A DNA stretch of 50,176 nucleotides from Welwitschia mirabilis. Its lineage: Eukaryota. The DNA lies in assembly GCA_051453625.1 (NCBI GenBank), contig JBOZIK010000001.1:7082965-7133140 (forward strand), read 5' to 3'. Within the stretch, counting starts at the first letter, position 1, and each line of letters starts with the position of its first letter. The notes under the pieces are model-generated. The model did no database searches. It saw only the letters and a program-made list of their open reading frames with translations, and was not told the origin of the DNA. Both the position numbers and the translations under genes were made by a program. Positions 1-12,400 of the stretch are shown here, piece after piece.

Positions 1-1048
1 ATTACATGTTTTCATGATCATCTTATCCTTTCTCCATAATCAGCATAATTGCATCTAAACCTGTATAAATGTCCTGCCAAAGTACTCTAAATACACCATC
101 AAATTTCTACAAATTGGCATCGCAACAACCCTTTTAAGGAAGAGTATCGTCTAGTGTTGGTAACCTATTTATACCTTAAACTGAGTAAATTTTAAAGTTC
201 TTATACTTATGCCTTTTTGTTAACTTGATGATAAAATCCAAGTAGACTGTACCACTGTGCCTTTGCTTTTCACTCAATACACCATTAATTACTAAGGCAT
301 GTGTGGGAAATTATATCTTAGAATACTTAAAAAATTTTTGCTTAAAATAGATATAGCTCTTTATAATATCCAAACTACATAGTTATAGTAGTTAAAAACC
401 TACACAACGATGTAGAGGATGGTAGAGCATGACATAGATTGATGTTTACATAAGGATCCCCATGCGCATCATGAACTAAGACATATTGCTAGTGAAAAAT
501 ACTATGGGATTAAGGACTACATAATTTTAAATTTTAATCCTAAAAATATTAAACATGTTTAGATGATGAATTTAGGTATAAAGTCAAAAGAAGGCCAAAA
601 AAATAAAAAACGAACTTGGTTTTAGTATGACCAAGTTAAATGGATCTTTCTTAACATCCTAATTAACTTGATCTATCCAAAATACAAGTGAAAGAAAGGC
701 CTAAGAGAAAAAATCAAATCCAAGAGGATCTTGCTCCACATCCTAACTTATCTTAATGCAAGAAAAAAGGTATTAATGGATTTATAATGAGTAAAATATT
801 CAAGAAATTAAAAATTATAAAAAACTCAAAAAAAAAACAAAAAAAAGGATGTGCATAGAAAATGGCCAAAGCCAAACTTTAAAAAAAAAAAAAAAAGACT
901 ATTTAAAAAGAAGCAACTTTACATGTCTGCTTAAAAAAGTGAAAAAGTTAAAAATCAAAAACTAAAATTTCAAAATGTACATATGTCAAACAAACTTAAA
1001 TTTTAGAAATTTTAAAATTTTTGATTTATGGTCAAAGGTTAAAATTTT

Positions 1049-1181
1049 TGATTAAAGTCTATATATGATAATATAGTTTTCATGTTTTTCCATTACTTTT
1101 GTAATATTACTTTTTTTTAAGTATTTTGTTGAAATTAGTTAGCTCTTTTATAGCATTTTCAGTTAAATTACAGGCTTATCA
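1049..1181 (+). repeat. 3' terminal remnant of the 5' LTR of element A
   Basis: TGATTAAAGTCTATA...TTTTCAGTTAAATTACAGGCTTATCA matches the ends of the LTRs at 12401-13294 and 17416-18296; it ends in CA just before the PBS. Confidence 0.85.
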
Positions 1182-1184
1182 TTT

Positions 1185-1202
1185 TGGTACTAGAATAAGG
1201 GA
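1185..1202 (+). promoter_or_regulatory. Primer binding site, tRNA-Asn type (degenerate)
   Basis: TGGTACTAGAATAAGGGA lies 3 nt after the LTR CA. It resembles TGGCGCTAGAAGGAGGGG, the complement of the plant tRNA-Asn(GUU) 3' end; most differences are C>T/G>A. Confidence 0.7.
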
Positions 1203-1269
1203 ACTTCTAACCTTTTATTTAAGACAATGAAGATCCTTTTGTGAAAAGGTAACTAAGAATGATAGAGGG

Positions 1270-4200
1270 ATGAAAAGGGAAGATATGTCCAGAACCCTAA
1301 AATATATATGTTGGGTGAAGCAATTAGTAATGCAGTAAGAACTAAGATTGATCCCTACAACTTCATGAAGGATATGAAAATACGTAAGAGAAGCCAAGAA
1401 GAGTTACAGCATAAAATAAACCTATTGATACAAGCTTAAAGAGGAAGAGAAAAACTACAAAGTTCAGAAGGGTTGTATTGGGATGAAGAAGATGTAGTCG
1501 ACTTTACTCCTCTAAGCATTAACTATTATATGTCTCACACACCTAATCCTATAGATCCTTCATTCTTAGAAACTCCTGATAAGATAAGAAATATAAACAC
1601 TACTAATATTTTCACTTTCTAAGGTAAAGAAAAATTGAGAAACCTATGCTTCATCTAAGTCTTTTTTATTCCTTTTTCAAGGCTAACTACTTGAATATTA
1701 ACTCAATTTTTTTAAGATGTTTTCATTTTTTCTTAAAGATAGATGCCTAGTTATGGTTTCATAGGTTTCCAAATTATATGTTTAAAACCTAGGACTCTTT
1801 AAGATTGGCATTTTTTAGCAAATATCAACCTATTAGATCACTAAATATTTGAGAGATCAAATTTTAAATGTTAAACAGAAATAATATGAGAATTTTGATG
1901 AATTCATGGATAGATACTAGATTCCACTAGTGAGATTCCCTCACCATGGGATAATTCTTATAGAATAAATGAGATGTTTGTTAAGAGGTTTATGGAGTGA
2001 CTCTTTAGAAATGTTAGATATACTCCATGAGGAAATCATTAGGAAAGGTAACACCTAAGAAATTAAAACTAGCATAGATAAATTACACAGAATGGATTAA
2101 GAGTGGGCTCAAAATGAAGAAAAAGAAAAGAGGAAGGTTAATGAAGTTCTAATATAGAAACAAATAGAAACCAAGCATACAAGCATTGTAAAGAGATTAA
2201 TAAAAGAATAGAAGCTCCAACATGGGAGATTAATAGATTAAAATAAGAAGATGAAGTCAAAACTTGCAAATTTTATAATGAGGAGAATCATCAACCTACA
2301 AAATGTCCATAAATGGTAGGCTTTATGAAATGATTATCTATTAATAGAATTGATTATAATCCCAATAATACTCCTCAAATTAATAAAAAGCCTTATCCTA
2401 GCCAAACTAGAAAATGGAAAAATAAGAAAGAAACTTCAATGCAAAGATTTATGTAGTTTAAGAAGACAATTGAAATATGATTATTTTAGGAAATGGAGAA
2501 ATGGAGAATAAGAATCTAGTTACAATTCACAACCAGATAACAGGAAGAAACCTAACTAAACCTTTTATACTTGCACATCCCCAACTAAATCCCAGAGAAG
2601 CTAGTTGTAAATCTATTAGAACTAGGTTAGGTAAAAGCCATCATTCTAATTAATCTCCTAGGGGAAAAAAAGAAACCAAAGAAAATGGAAGAGTGATTAA
2701 AAATAGTTCAACTAAAGGAGGAATGGATGACCCATTATAAATTTTGAAGAGAAGTATGATAACATGGAATTTTTCAAAAAAAAAAGAAGAGAATATAGAA
2801 TATCGTATTAGAGATTTAGAAGATACTTCAGTTATCTTACTTTTAGTAAAAATGTTGAAAGACATTCCTTCATACTAGAAGCCAATGAAAAATTTGTGTG
2901 GTACAAGGAGAGTTAAAAAAAAGGAAATAAAAATTAATGATAAATAATTAATAAAAGAATTAACTAAAAGAGTTCATATATTTTGGTCCTCTACTCAAGA
3001 TCTACAAGGAAATCAAATTAAGATGTATTTAGTGACACTAGAATACTAGTAGTAGATATAGTTATTGAAGGTGCCTATAAAATAGAATCTTTGATGGATT
3101 TAGGGACTAGCATTAATGTCATTTTCTATGATACATTTGAATAGCTTAGAGGTCCATAGTTAACTCCATGTAATAGACAAGTTTAGATGGAAAATGGCTC
3201 TATAGTAGGACTAGAGGATATAATGGAGAAGATGTTAATAGAACTACAAAGATCTAGATATTTAATGGATCTGGTGGTCATAAAGATAATATGAAATACT
3301 CATCCTATTACCCTTGGAAGGCCTTAGATGATAACAGCCAATGCAACTATTTATTTCAAGAAGGAAGTAATGGAGATTAGTTTAAAAGATCTTGTGTAGT
3401 ACATAAAAATATTTAATAAAGAAGAAATCAAATATCCTTCTTTTGATAAAGGGGATAGTACTAACATGATCCTCATGAAAGAATTTCAACATATATTAGA
3501 AGAATAAGAAGTTGAAAAAAAAGATTACTCCTTGACTGTTAAATCCATAGAGAAGGAAGAGGAGCTTAATAAACCTTTTCTTAAAAAAGGTTTGGAGTAT
3601 ATAAAAATTTAGAATAATCGACCATTAATTATTAATGAAAATTTAACTTATTCTCAGAAGAGAAAATTAAAAATAATGTTGAATAAAATGGACTAATGCA
3701 TTTGCTTGGACTTATGAAGATATTACAGGGATAGACTCTATAATATGCTAATATAAAATTTATTTAGATATCATAGTAAAACTTGTTAGACAATTAAAAA
3801 GAAGATGTAACTCTCATATGCAAAATGTTATTGAGTAGGAAATTATAAGGCTAGTAAAAGTAGGATTCATCTAATCTATTTCTGATCCACAATGGGTAAG
3901 CCCTATAATAATAGTTCCTATGAAGAATAATAAATGAAGAATGGGCATAGATTTTAGGCTACTGAATGTTGCTACTTATAAAGATCATTTTCTTTATCCT
4001 TTGTGGATTAGGTTTTAAAAAGAATTTCTAGTCATAAATACTATAGTTTCTTAGATGGATATAGTGGGCATAACTAATTCCTATAGCTCTTAAAGACCAA
4101 GCAAAAACAACTTTTACTTGCAAATGGGGTACATATGCCTTTAAAGTTTTACCCTTTTGATTATGTAATGCACTAATTACTTTTCAGAGGCTAGTAAATA

Positions 4201-6347
4201 GTATTTTTCAAAATATGATAGGAAGATTAGTTGAGATTTTTATGGATGATTTCTCAACTTTTGAAAATGATTTTAATAAAGCTTTGAAAATATTAGAAGC
4301 TATACCTACTTAATGTGAAGAAAGAAATTTGAAACTGGGTTAATCTAAAAGTCATCTCATGGTAGCTGAGGCTATTGTTTTAGGTCATAGGATATGTCAG
4401 ATGAATTGAAAATAATGAATAAAATTTTAATGTCATTAAAGAAATTCGTCCACCAACTAAACTAAAATAATTGAGATCATTTCTAGGTTATATAGGTTAT
4501 TATAAAAGGTTCTTCACTAATTTTAGTAAAATTGCTAAATTATTAAGTAATCTTTTACAAAAAGATATTTCTTATGAGTGGATCCATGAATGCCAAAGGG
4601 CTTTTTAAATTCAAAAATACAAATTAATTGAAGATCTTATTTTATAAAAATTGAATTCGGGTAACCTTTTCATATTATGACTAATGCTTCATAATATGTT
4701 GTTGGTGTTGTTTTTGAACCAAAAAAATGACAATTATAAATCTTATTCTATTGCTTACATAAGTAAAAATCTCAATTCTACATGAAAAATCATACAATTA
4801 TGGAAAAAAAGATGCTATCCATAGTGGTAGCCTTAAATAAATTTAGGCTTAGATTCTATTTATGATGTTAGAATTCATATAGATCACAGTGCTATATGAT
4901 TTGTAATGAATAAGAAGGAAGCCAATTCTTGAATCATAAGGTAAATACTTTAATGTAAGAATTTGATCTTAAGATAATAAATAAGAAGGGAACAAAAAAT
5001 GTAGTGGCTGACTATTTGTCTAGACTGGAATTCCTTAAAGAATCTAAATAATTAGATATCCAAAATAGTTTTCCTAGTGAGGATTTGACAAATTTGCAAT
5101 AAGCTCCTTAGTTTACAGACATTGGTAATTTTTTAATAAGTAAGAGGGTACTTTCGTACTTCACCTATTATAATAAAAAGATATTATTAAGAGAGATAAA
5201 ATATTATATATAATAAAATAAAATTCTCTTTAGATTTTGTAAGAATGATGTTATTTAAAGATGTATTAATGATCTTGATCAGAAGAAGCTACTACAAATA
5301 TTTCATGCAGAAGAAGGAGGAGGTATTATAAAGGAAAAAGAATAATCATAAAAATATTGAATGCAAGATATTATTGGCCTTTTTTATTCAAGGACTCTTT
5401 AAATTACACTAGAGGATCTGATAAGTGTTAAAGAAAGGAATCATGATCAAAATTGATAGAAATGTCCCAATAATGTATTCAAGCTTTAAAGGCCTTTGAT
5501 GTCTGGGAAATAGATTTCCTTGGTTCTATAAATCTAAAATCTTATGTAAAGAAATGCATCTTGTTTGTGTGAACTGTTTGACTAAATGTGTTGAAGTTAA
5601 GGCTATTCCTAACTATTTCATTTATACCATGATAAAATTCTTATCTAAGAATACCTTTCATAGGTTTGGTATGCCTAAGATTCTTATATCAGATATGGGA
5701 ACCCATTTTACAAGTCAAGCCTTTGAAATGTTTTTATCTAAGTATGGGATCCATTATAAACTCTTCTCTACTTATCATCCCCAATATAATGGTCAAGTTA
5801 AGATTACACATAGATAGTTAAACCAAATTTTGACTAAAATAGTAAACACTAAAGAACTTATTAGGCATATAAACTTATTGAAGCTTTATGAGTTCATAAG
5901 ATAACTTGGAAAAATAGTATAAGTTTTACACCTTATGAGTTGATTTATGATAAGAAAGCAATCTTACCTATTAAGTTGAAATTAACATCCTATAAATTAA
6001 CTAAGCTATTGGATAATAATCTAGATAAAGCTCAAAAGAAATGGGTATAAAATAAAAATAAAGTAGATGACAATAGAAGATAATCTCTAATAAGAAAATA
6101 ATTAAACCAAGAACAAGTAAAAGAGTGGCATAATCATAATATCCAAAAAACTAATTTCAAAGTTGGAGATAAAGTTTTAGATTTTGATCCTAAATATATA
6201 TCCTCTAAATAAAAGTATACTTAAAAATGGATTAGGCCATATAATTTAATAAAAAATTTACCTAAGGAAGCAATAGAAGTATTTGATGAAGAAACTAAAG
6301 ATACATATCAAGTAAATGATCATAGAAAAAAAACCTATACAGAATAA
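1270..6347 (+). pseudogene. gag-pol: Decayed gag-pol polyprotein (gag, aspartic protease, RT, RNase H, integrase) of element A
   Basis: Motifs read by eye across stops and frameshifts. Gag: RFPHHG (~1933). PR: SLMDLGTSINV (~3088). RT: WVSPIIIVP..RMGIDFR (~3893), FLDGYSG (~4048), EIFMDDFS (~4233). RH: KGTKNVVADYLSR (~4986). INT: FDVWEIDFLG (~5495), FGMPKILISDMGTHF..YHPQYNGQV (ORF 5554-5817). Start coordinate approximate. Confidence 0.93.
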
Positions 6348-6635
6348 GTTTCACTCTTAGAAGAAATTAAACAACCTTATAGAATAATTCTACCCATTAT
6401 CATCCTCCATAATTATATTATTAATATATACATAATTCTATAATAAGGTTTATCTTTCAAAAAAGTAAAATGAATTTTTTTGAAATTATAGAATTTTAAT
6501 TGTTAGATGAAATTATCTCTCTTAGAAATTAATAGGAAGGAAGAGGTTACAATAATAAGAATGACTAGATGATAAATGAAAATAAGGATGCCTATGGAAT
6601 AATTTATTTTATCTTGAGGAAAGGAAGGAGAAAAG

Positions 6636-6712
<77 letters not shown>
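6636..6712. repeat. (GA)n microsatellite running into an assembly gap (N 6713-6760)
   Basis: Directly visible GA dinucleotide run. Confidence 0.97.
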
Positions 6713-7323
6713 NNNNNNNNNNNNNNNNNNNNNNNNNNNNNNNNNNNNNNNNNNNNNNNNGGGGCCTTTAATAGCATAATAAGGTAGTTATGAGAACTTC
6801 ACCAAGGAATTAGTTAGTCATGATCTAAGTTTATAGCTCTATAAGTCCTTATTTCTATGGCTATAGTTGCACTGTCCTCATTGCAAAAGTTTTTTTTTAA
6901 ATAAAGGATCTTTGGCTTAAAATTATAAAGAAGACAATCACTATCCAATGTCATTTAAGGAATGGTTAGTATTCAGTATTTTCTTCAAATTAAATGAACC
7001 TCAAAAGAAATGTAAATGTTATACAAGATACCATTATTTTGTTTTAATATTTATGAAATTTAAATAAATGTATCTTTATTCTATTTATTATGAAGTAGTA
7101 AATTCTTATGAGAATAAAAGATATTGACAATCAAATGGTTGCTATAATTTAGTATAATAAAAATAAGTACTAAAATAAAAGGAAGCTAATGATTTTAATA
7201 AAAGATTTTTATTTTATAATATATCCAACAGCAGTCCTTATGATTTACAATAAAAAGAATTTTAAACAAAAAGCACATTTATTTTTTAAAAGCAAAAAAT
7301 GTTAGATAGACTGTAAGCATATC

Positions 7324-7327
<4 letters not shown>

Positions 7328-7397
<70 letters not shown>
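7328..7397. repeat. (AG)n microsatellite, ~35 units
   Basis: Perfect AG run. Confidence 0.97.
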
Positions 7398-7399
<2 letters not shown>

Positions 7400-7605
7400 A
7401 CTAAACTTAATTCCATAAGACCTTAGAAGAATTGACTCTTATTCTTCCTTTTAAACCTAATTTAGCTAGAAGTTTCTACTAAAAGAAGCAAATTCAAGTA
7501 TTATAGGGAGTTAGTCCGAATCCCAATTTCTCTAATATGGGAATCTTAGAATTTTTAATAGGCTAAATCATCTAGTGGTCTCCATCTTTCCAGGTGTTCC
7601 TCATC

Positions 7606-7659
<54 letters not shown>

Positions 7660-8185
7660 AAAGATACTTAGAGTTAGATTATTACCTTTAGTTTGTCATA
7701 TCCTTTATGCTAACTCTTGTATCTATCCTACAAACTATCCTAGAGAAGCATCATTCCTATTTGATTCATCAATTAGGGTAAAACTTAGCTTAATAGCGTA
7801 GATTCTCATATATTCTATGCATAAGTGATATACTATGGGACCAAAATAAGGTAGAATTTCCCATAACTAAATTTATTCCTTCCATTCTCTTAGTATATTT
7901 CATCTAAGGTAGTGATCACTTTATAAACTGAATTGTAGAAAGGAAGATCAGTAGTATAAACACTTTACACTAAATTTTGAGGAGAAGTCTCATCTACACT
8001 AGTAATGTTTATTTCTATCTATGAAGATCCTAAGTTAAATAAGCATCATTTATACTTCTTTATAGGAAGAGGAGTAGTAAGAGGAGTTGATAAGTTATTA
8101 AAGTTAAAGGCCATCTCTAATTTGAGTATTAATAAAACTTGATTTATATGATGAAATTTGTGTTGAGTTGAATTAATCAAGGCAT
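7398..8185 (-). pseudogene. Decayed antisense extra ORF of element A (unknown product)
   Basis: The minus-strand translation (LINSTQHKFHHINQVLLILKLEM..., IDTRVSIKDM..., FDEEHLERW..DDLAY*KF*DSHIREIGI) aligns with the paralog at ~13970-14723 (MPLINSA*YKFHHLS*VLLIPKLGM..., LDTRVRVKDT..., DKDYLKV*GLWDDSTYQNFWDAYTI*IGI). Confidence 0.55.
7609..7658. repeat. (AG)n microsatellite, ~25 units
   Basis: Perfect AG run. Confidence 0.97.
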
Positions 8186-8577
8186 GTGTAGAAATACATA
8201 AAAAGTAATAGTAAAGAAAATCATTTATAATTTTAAATTTAAGTATTATGTGCACTTGATCTACTAGTTTATTATCCATTATAATAAATTTATTTCACCC
8301 AAAAAATCCTAGATCAAACTTTGTTTTTTTAACTTAACTGAAGATGCTGATTATAGAAATATTCTATCTGTTATTCACAATTAGCTTTTTTTCAATTCAA
8401 AGATCCTTTTCAAATTTTTGAAGAAGGATAATAATATATTTTTATGACATTTCAAAAGGTACATGTCATCTATTAAAGACCTTTTCGATAGATAACTAAC
8501 CCCCTTTAATGGTGTCTTTAAAAATAGCTTATGCTCTTCTGTTTTTTTTTTTAATTTATTTTTGCTTTAAGAAGGAG

Positions 8578-8621
8578 CTTAAAGGTCTCTTTTAATTAAC
8601 TTAAAGGTCTCTTTTAATTAA
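8578..8621. repeat. Perfect 22-bp tandem duplication
   Basis: CTTAAAGGTCTCTTTTAATTAA occurs twice in tandem. Confidence 0.92.
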
Positions 8622-8906
8622 CTTTCATTTCTTGAATTCCCCCTCTGAGATCTACCCAAAGCTGAGTGGGAAAAATAAAGAAATAAATTTATCCTTCCCT
8701 TATTCCTAATTTATCTGTCATTTCTTAGACCTTCTTCAAAATTTTTGAAGACCCTCTTCAAGGAGCTACTTAATTGTTGTCACACATGATTGATTTCTAA
8801 TTAAATCTCCTTTCAAATGAAGGAATATCCCTCAAATTTTAGGAATAATAAATAGAAGTCAAAAGAATAATTGAAGGCATAGTAAAGATTTTCAAGGAAC
8901 CTCATT

Positions 8907-9120
8907 AATGACTCCTCGAAGGATCCCTTCAAATGACCTTCATTACTTGAAGACCCTCTTTGAGCTCGGTCTTTGTCTGAAAATTTCTTTAAACAAGTAG
9001 TTGTTATTCAAAAAAAACTCCTTTGAGTAAACATCATTACTCAAAGATCCCCTTCAAAGAAGGATTACTACTTCAAAGACCCCTTCAAGCAAACATTATT
9101 GTTTGAAGGCCTCCTTCAAG
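8907..9120. repeat. Degenerate ~31-bp tandem array with TTGAAG-N5-CTTCAA palindromic core
   Basis: Units at ~8907, 8938, 8970, 9000, 9032, 9063 and 9094, e.g. CATTATTGTTTGAAGGCCTCCTTCAAG and CATCATTACTCAAAGATCCCCTTCAAAG. Further scattered cores lie at ~8400-8760. Confidence 0.7.
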
Positions 9121-9559
9121 ATTTGTCTTGATAAAAAGATAAAAACACTCTTTTAATGTTTTGATGATGTTCCTTTAATAGGCTTTAATATCATTTTAAT
9201 AGAAGATACAATAACTTAAATTTCAACATATGAACATTAAGCTTTGAAATTCTATAAAAGGGATGTCATAATAGGTGAATTATTTCTTCAAGGTTTTTCT
9301 TTAGCACATAAATTTCCTTATCATTTTTCGGTTGCATTTAGGTAAAGTGTATTTATCATGTCATGTTAAGAATTTATAAAATAGAATGTTGTTTTAGGTA
9401 GTTATATCTTTCATTTCTAGGGCATTCTATTTTTCTTAATAAAATTTTGAGTGAGCACTTGGAGTCTAATAAAAATTCTTATATGAGCATTTCATATAGG
9501 AAAGAAATTAAACTCTAAAACTAAACCTTAAATTTTCTTTGCAAATGTTAAATTCATAC

Positions 9560-12340
9560 CAAGTGCAAATTGTAAAAAACTTCTTAGTAACCCTAGTTTT
9601 ACCAGGCTTAAATAAGATGATATTGAACTTAATCAGTGGAATTAGTTAACTTTTTTTAAAAAATATAGTAATGAGGAAGTCTACTCTTTCTATAGAAATA
9701 TGCCATTCTTCAAGGAACTATTAATGTCATATTCATTAGGTAATAACATATCATTTTAAATTTCACTAGATGAATTAAGAATTATTCTTAAGTTAACATC
9801 CAATAAAAGGCTGTGAACAAAGATACTTAAAAATGAAGACATCACTCTGTGTCTAAAATATTTTTGTAGTATTACAAATAAAGACAAATGAGTAGAAATT
9901 GATAAGGTAAGGAATCCTTAATAATTCATTATCTAGGCAATGATATCATTTAACCTAGCCCCCATGATTAATAAGAAAAAAGGAATAAGTATACCAAGAG
10001 TAAACTTAACAAATGTCATTAGAGATCCTTTGAGGAGAATATTAATGTTGGGCATAATATTTTTTAATATTTATGTAAATTAGTGTTTAGAATTAGAAAC
10101 ACTATAAGGCTTACAAAGGTTAAACTAGTATTTCCCTCATTAATTGAAAGAATTATTTTATGTAAGAATGTTCCATAATTCCTTACCAATAATAGGAATA
10201 GTGTGAAACTTTCAATTTTGTCATTGTTTAGAGTTATAGTTTTAGCATTCTTTAGTATTTCAAGCATAGAAGAAAGACTTTTAACTAATCAACTAGTAAT
10301 TCAAATTTTAATACAACTACCAAATCCTTCAATAGAACAAATAGATTCATTCACTTTATAGCAACTATGGCTCAAAGAAAAACCAAATTATTTACTAAGT
10401 TACTAGAAGAGGATAAGGTGAATTCTTTGTGTGCCGTAACTTTATAGCAAGTAAGGATCTAAAAGGAAACCAAATCATTTACTAAGTTACTAGAAGATGA
10501 TAAGGTGAATTCTTTATGTGTTGTAATAATATCTCTAATAGCCTTTCTACTAGAGAAAAACTAGCTCTAAGAGGAAAATCTTAGTTTGAAAAAAAGAATC
10601 AAATTTTTAGAACTTAAAAATGAAGTCTGTAGAGATAATATTTTTTTTCTTTTTTTTTTGGCAAGATGACTATAATAAATCCAAGAAGGAGAAGCAACAA
10701 TTGGAAGAAAAATTAGTCCCTTATTTTGACTTCCAAAGAGTAGATGAATCATCTCTACATAATTCCCAGGATCAACTCAAAGAATTAAAGTAAGAACTCA
10801 AAGAGAAAAGTGAGAAACTACATCTTCTTCCCACCAACAAAGAAGATCATTTTTAGAATTATTGAAGAACATGGTTAAATCCAAGAATTATAATGCTAAA
10901 TATATTAAAAGTAATAATAATTTATTACATTCATACATAATAACTCACCCTACCACTAAGAAAGAATATTCAGATAAACTTTATATGGATTTGAGGGGAA
11001 TGCATAAAAATATATGAAAACTCAAGAGAAAAATAATAGATATAAAGAAAAGTGGATAGAAGCTCTAAAGCAAGTGCAGATCAAGAAGGAGAAAATTAAA
11101 TTATAGAAAAGAAATATTGGTTTCCTTTAAGAAATATTAGAATCAACTTTGCAAGCATGTGTATCAATTGATTATTATTTACTTGAGCAGAGTCTAATAC
11201 AAATGTTGAAAAAATGAGTTTTCTCTAATTATAGAAGAAATACCTTCTATATATTATTAATAACTACTTATCAGAGTGGTAAGATCATAGACACATAGAT
11301 CCATAGGTCCAAATTTCAAACCCCAGTAATAATAGGAAATACAAATGGAACAGATTCCATGAGCCTAGATGCCACTAAGCATTTGTGTGTATAAAATTAC
11401 CTAACTATTATTAATGGGGAATATAAAGATCTTAAATTCTATAAGCTCAAGAACCCTAGGCATTTGTGTGATTTAAAATTACCTACCTGCTATCTTTTCA
11501 TTTCAAAAAAAAACCTTCTATGGATGTAAAAGCTATTAGGCATCAAATCTCAGACTTCCTTAAAGAAATCTTAATTTCTACCAGTAAGTTAGACTTAATT
11601 GAGAAACTCAAGAAGAAAAATAGCAAGTTGCTATAAAAAAACAAACTTATAAAAGCCTACTTGGAAAAATGAATATGATTTAGAAATAAAAAATTATAAG
11701 TACTAAGGAGTGTGCACTTTTATCCTCAAAAACTATATGGTTACTTTGATAATTATGAAAAATTTATCAATGAGATCATACAAAAGATAGAAGGAGGATG
11801 GAAGAAAATCACTAGGGTGTCCAATCAAGCCCTCAAGGAGATAGACACTATCAAGGATGAAGTGGTTAAAGGACAACATTAGAGAGTAGTGAACAAACTC
11901 CTCCATCTTTGCAAAGGTTTCAAAAGATACATCTATTTTTCCATAGTTACTAAGCATCCTTTGGAGTCTTTAAAAGACCAAAAAAATCAACTTTTTAAAT
12001 GTATATGAATTATCAGAGAAAGTTTTACAAATATTTTCTTCAAAATGAAGGGAGGATAGAAAATTCACACTAAACTAGTTGGGAGTCCTTCTAGATTAGA
12101 GGAGTTAGAAAGCTCCCTTCTTCTCAGCCTATGAAATCAAAGAAAGTTTTAGCTACTAAAAAGGAAAAATAATCAAAAGGGAAGATGCTAAAGATAGTTT
12201 TATTTAAATAAGAAAATATAAATTTAGATGATCTAACCTTTTCAGAAAAATAAATTAAAGTAATAAGATAGCTAAAAGTAATGAAAAAGTCATAGGTTAA
12301 CATGGAATCAAAAGTACAAAAAAAAAAGAAGAAAAGAAAA
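9560..12340 (+). pseudogene. Decayed sense extra ORF(s) of element A: Athila env-like / plant transposon-protein domain followed by a long charged helical region
   Basis: EEVYSFYRNM..SYSLG..ISLDELRIILKL (~9673) and INVGHNIF..LVFPSLIERIILCKNVP (~10040-10175) match the 'V.EFY.N..' and 'INVG..I..L.FPSLI' pattern of Athila env-like ORFs. The downstream frame (KEKWIEALKQVQIKK.., LYGYFDNYEKFINEII..) is conserved in the copy at 16095-17400. Ends approximate. Confidence 0.6.
10353..10527. repeat. ~86-bp imperfect tandem duplication
   Basis: ACTTTATAGCAA...TTTACTAAGTTACTAGAAGA.GATAAGGTGAATTCTTT.TGTG..GTAA starts at 10353 and again at 10439. Confidence 0.88.
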
Positions 12341-12385
12341 TAACAAAGGAAATGATGTAAATTATTAAAGAACCAACAAATGTTT

Positions 12386-12399
12386 AAGTATGGGGGAAA
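12386..12399 (+). promoter_or_regulatory. Polypurine tract of element A
   Basis: AAGTATGGGGGAAA immediately precedes the TGATAAC LTR start; this is the typical Athila PPT form. Confidence 0.8.
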
Positions 12400-12400
12400 C

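Noticed and set aside
1..1048. Possible LTR end and PBS (CA-AAT-TGGCATCGCAAC at ~110-126) with the leader of another element
   Set aside because: No partner LTR, no coding motifs, and no tRNA I can match convincingly. Probably TE-derived but unassignable.
7601..7685. Minus-strand GT..(CT)n..AG intron in the antisense ORF
   Set aside because: The paralogous interval is only ~44 nt and reads through as coding sequence with a one-base slip; microsatellite expansion explains it better.
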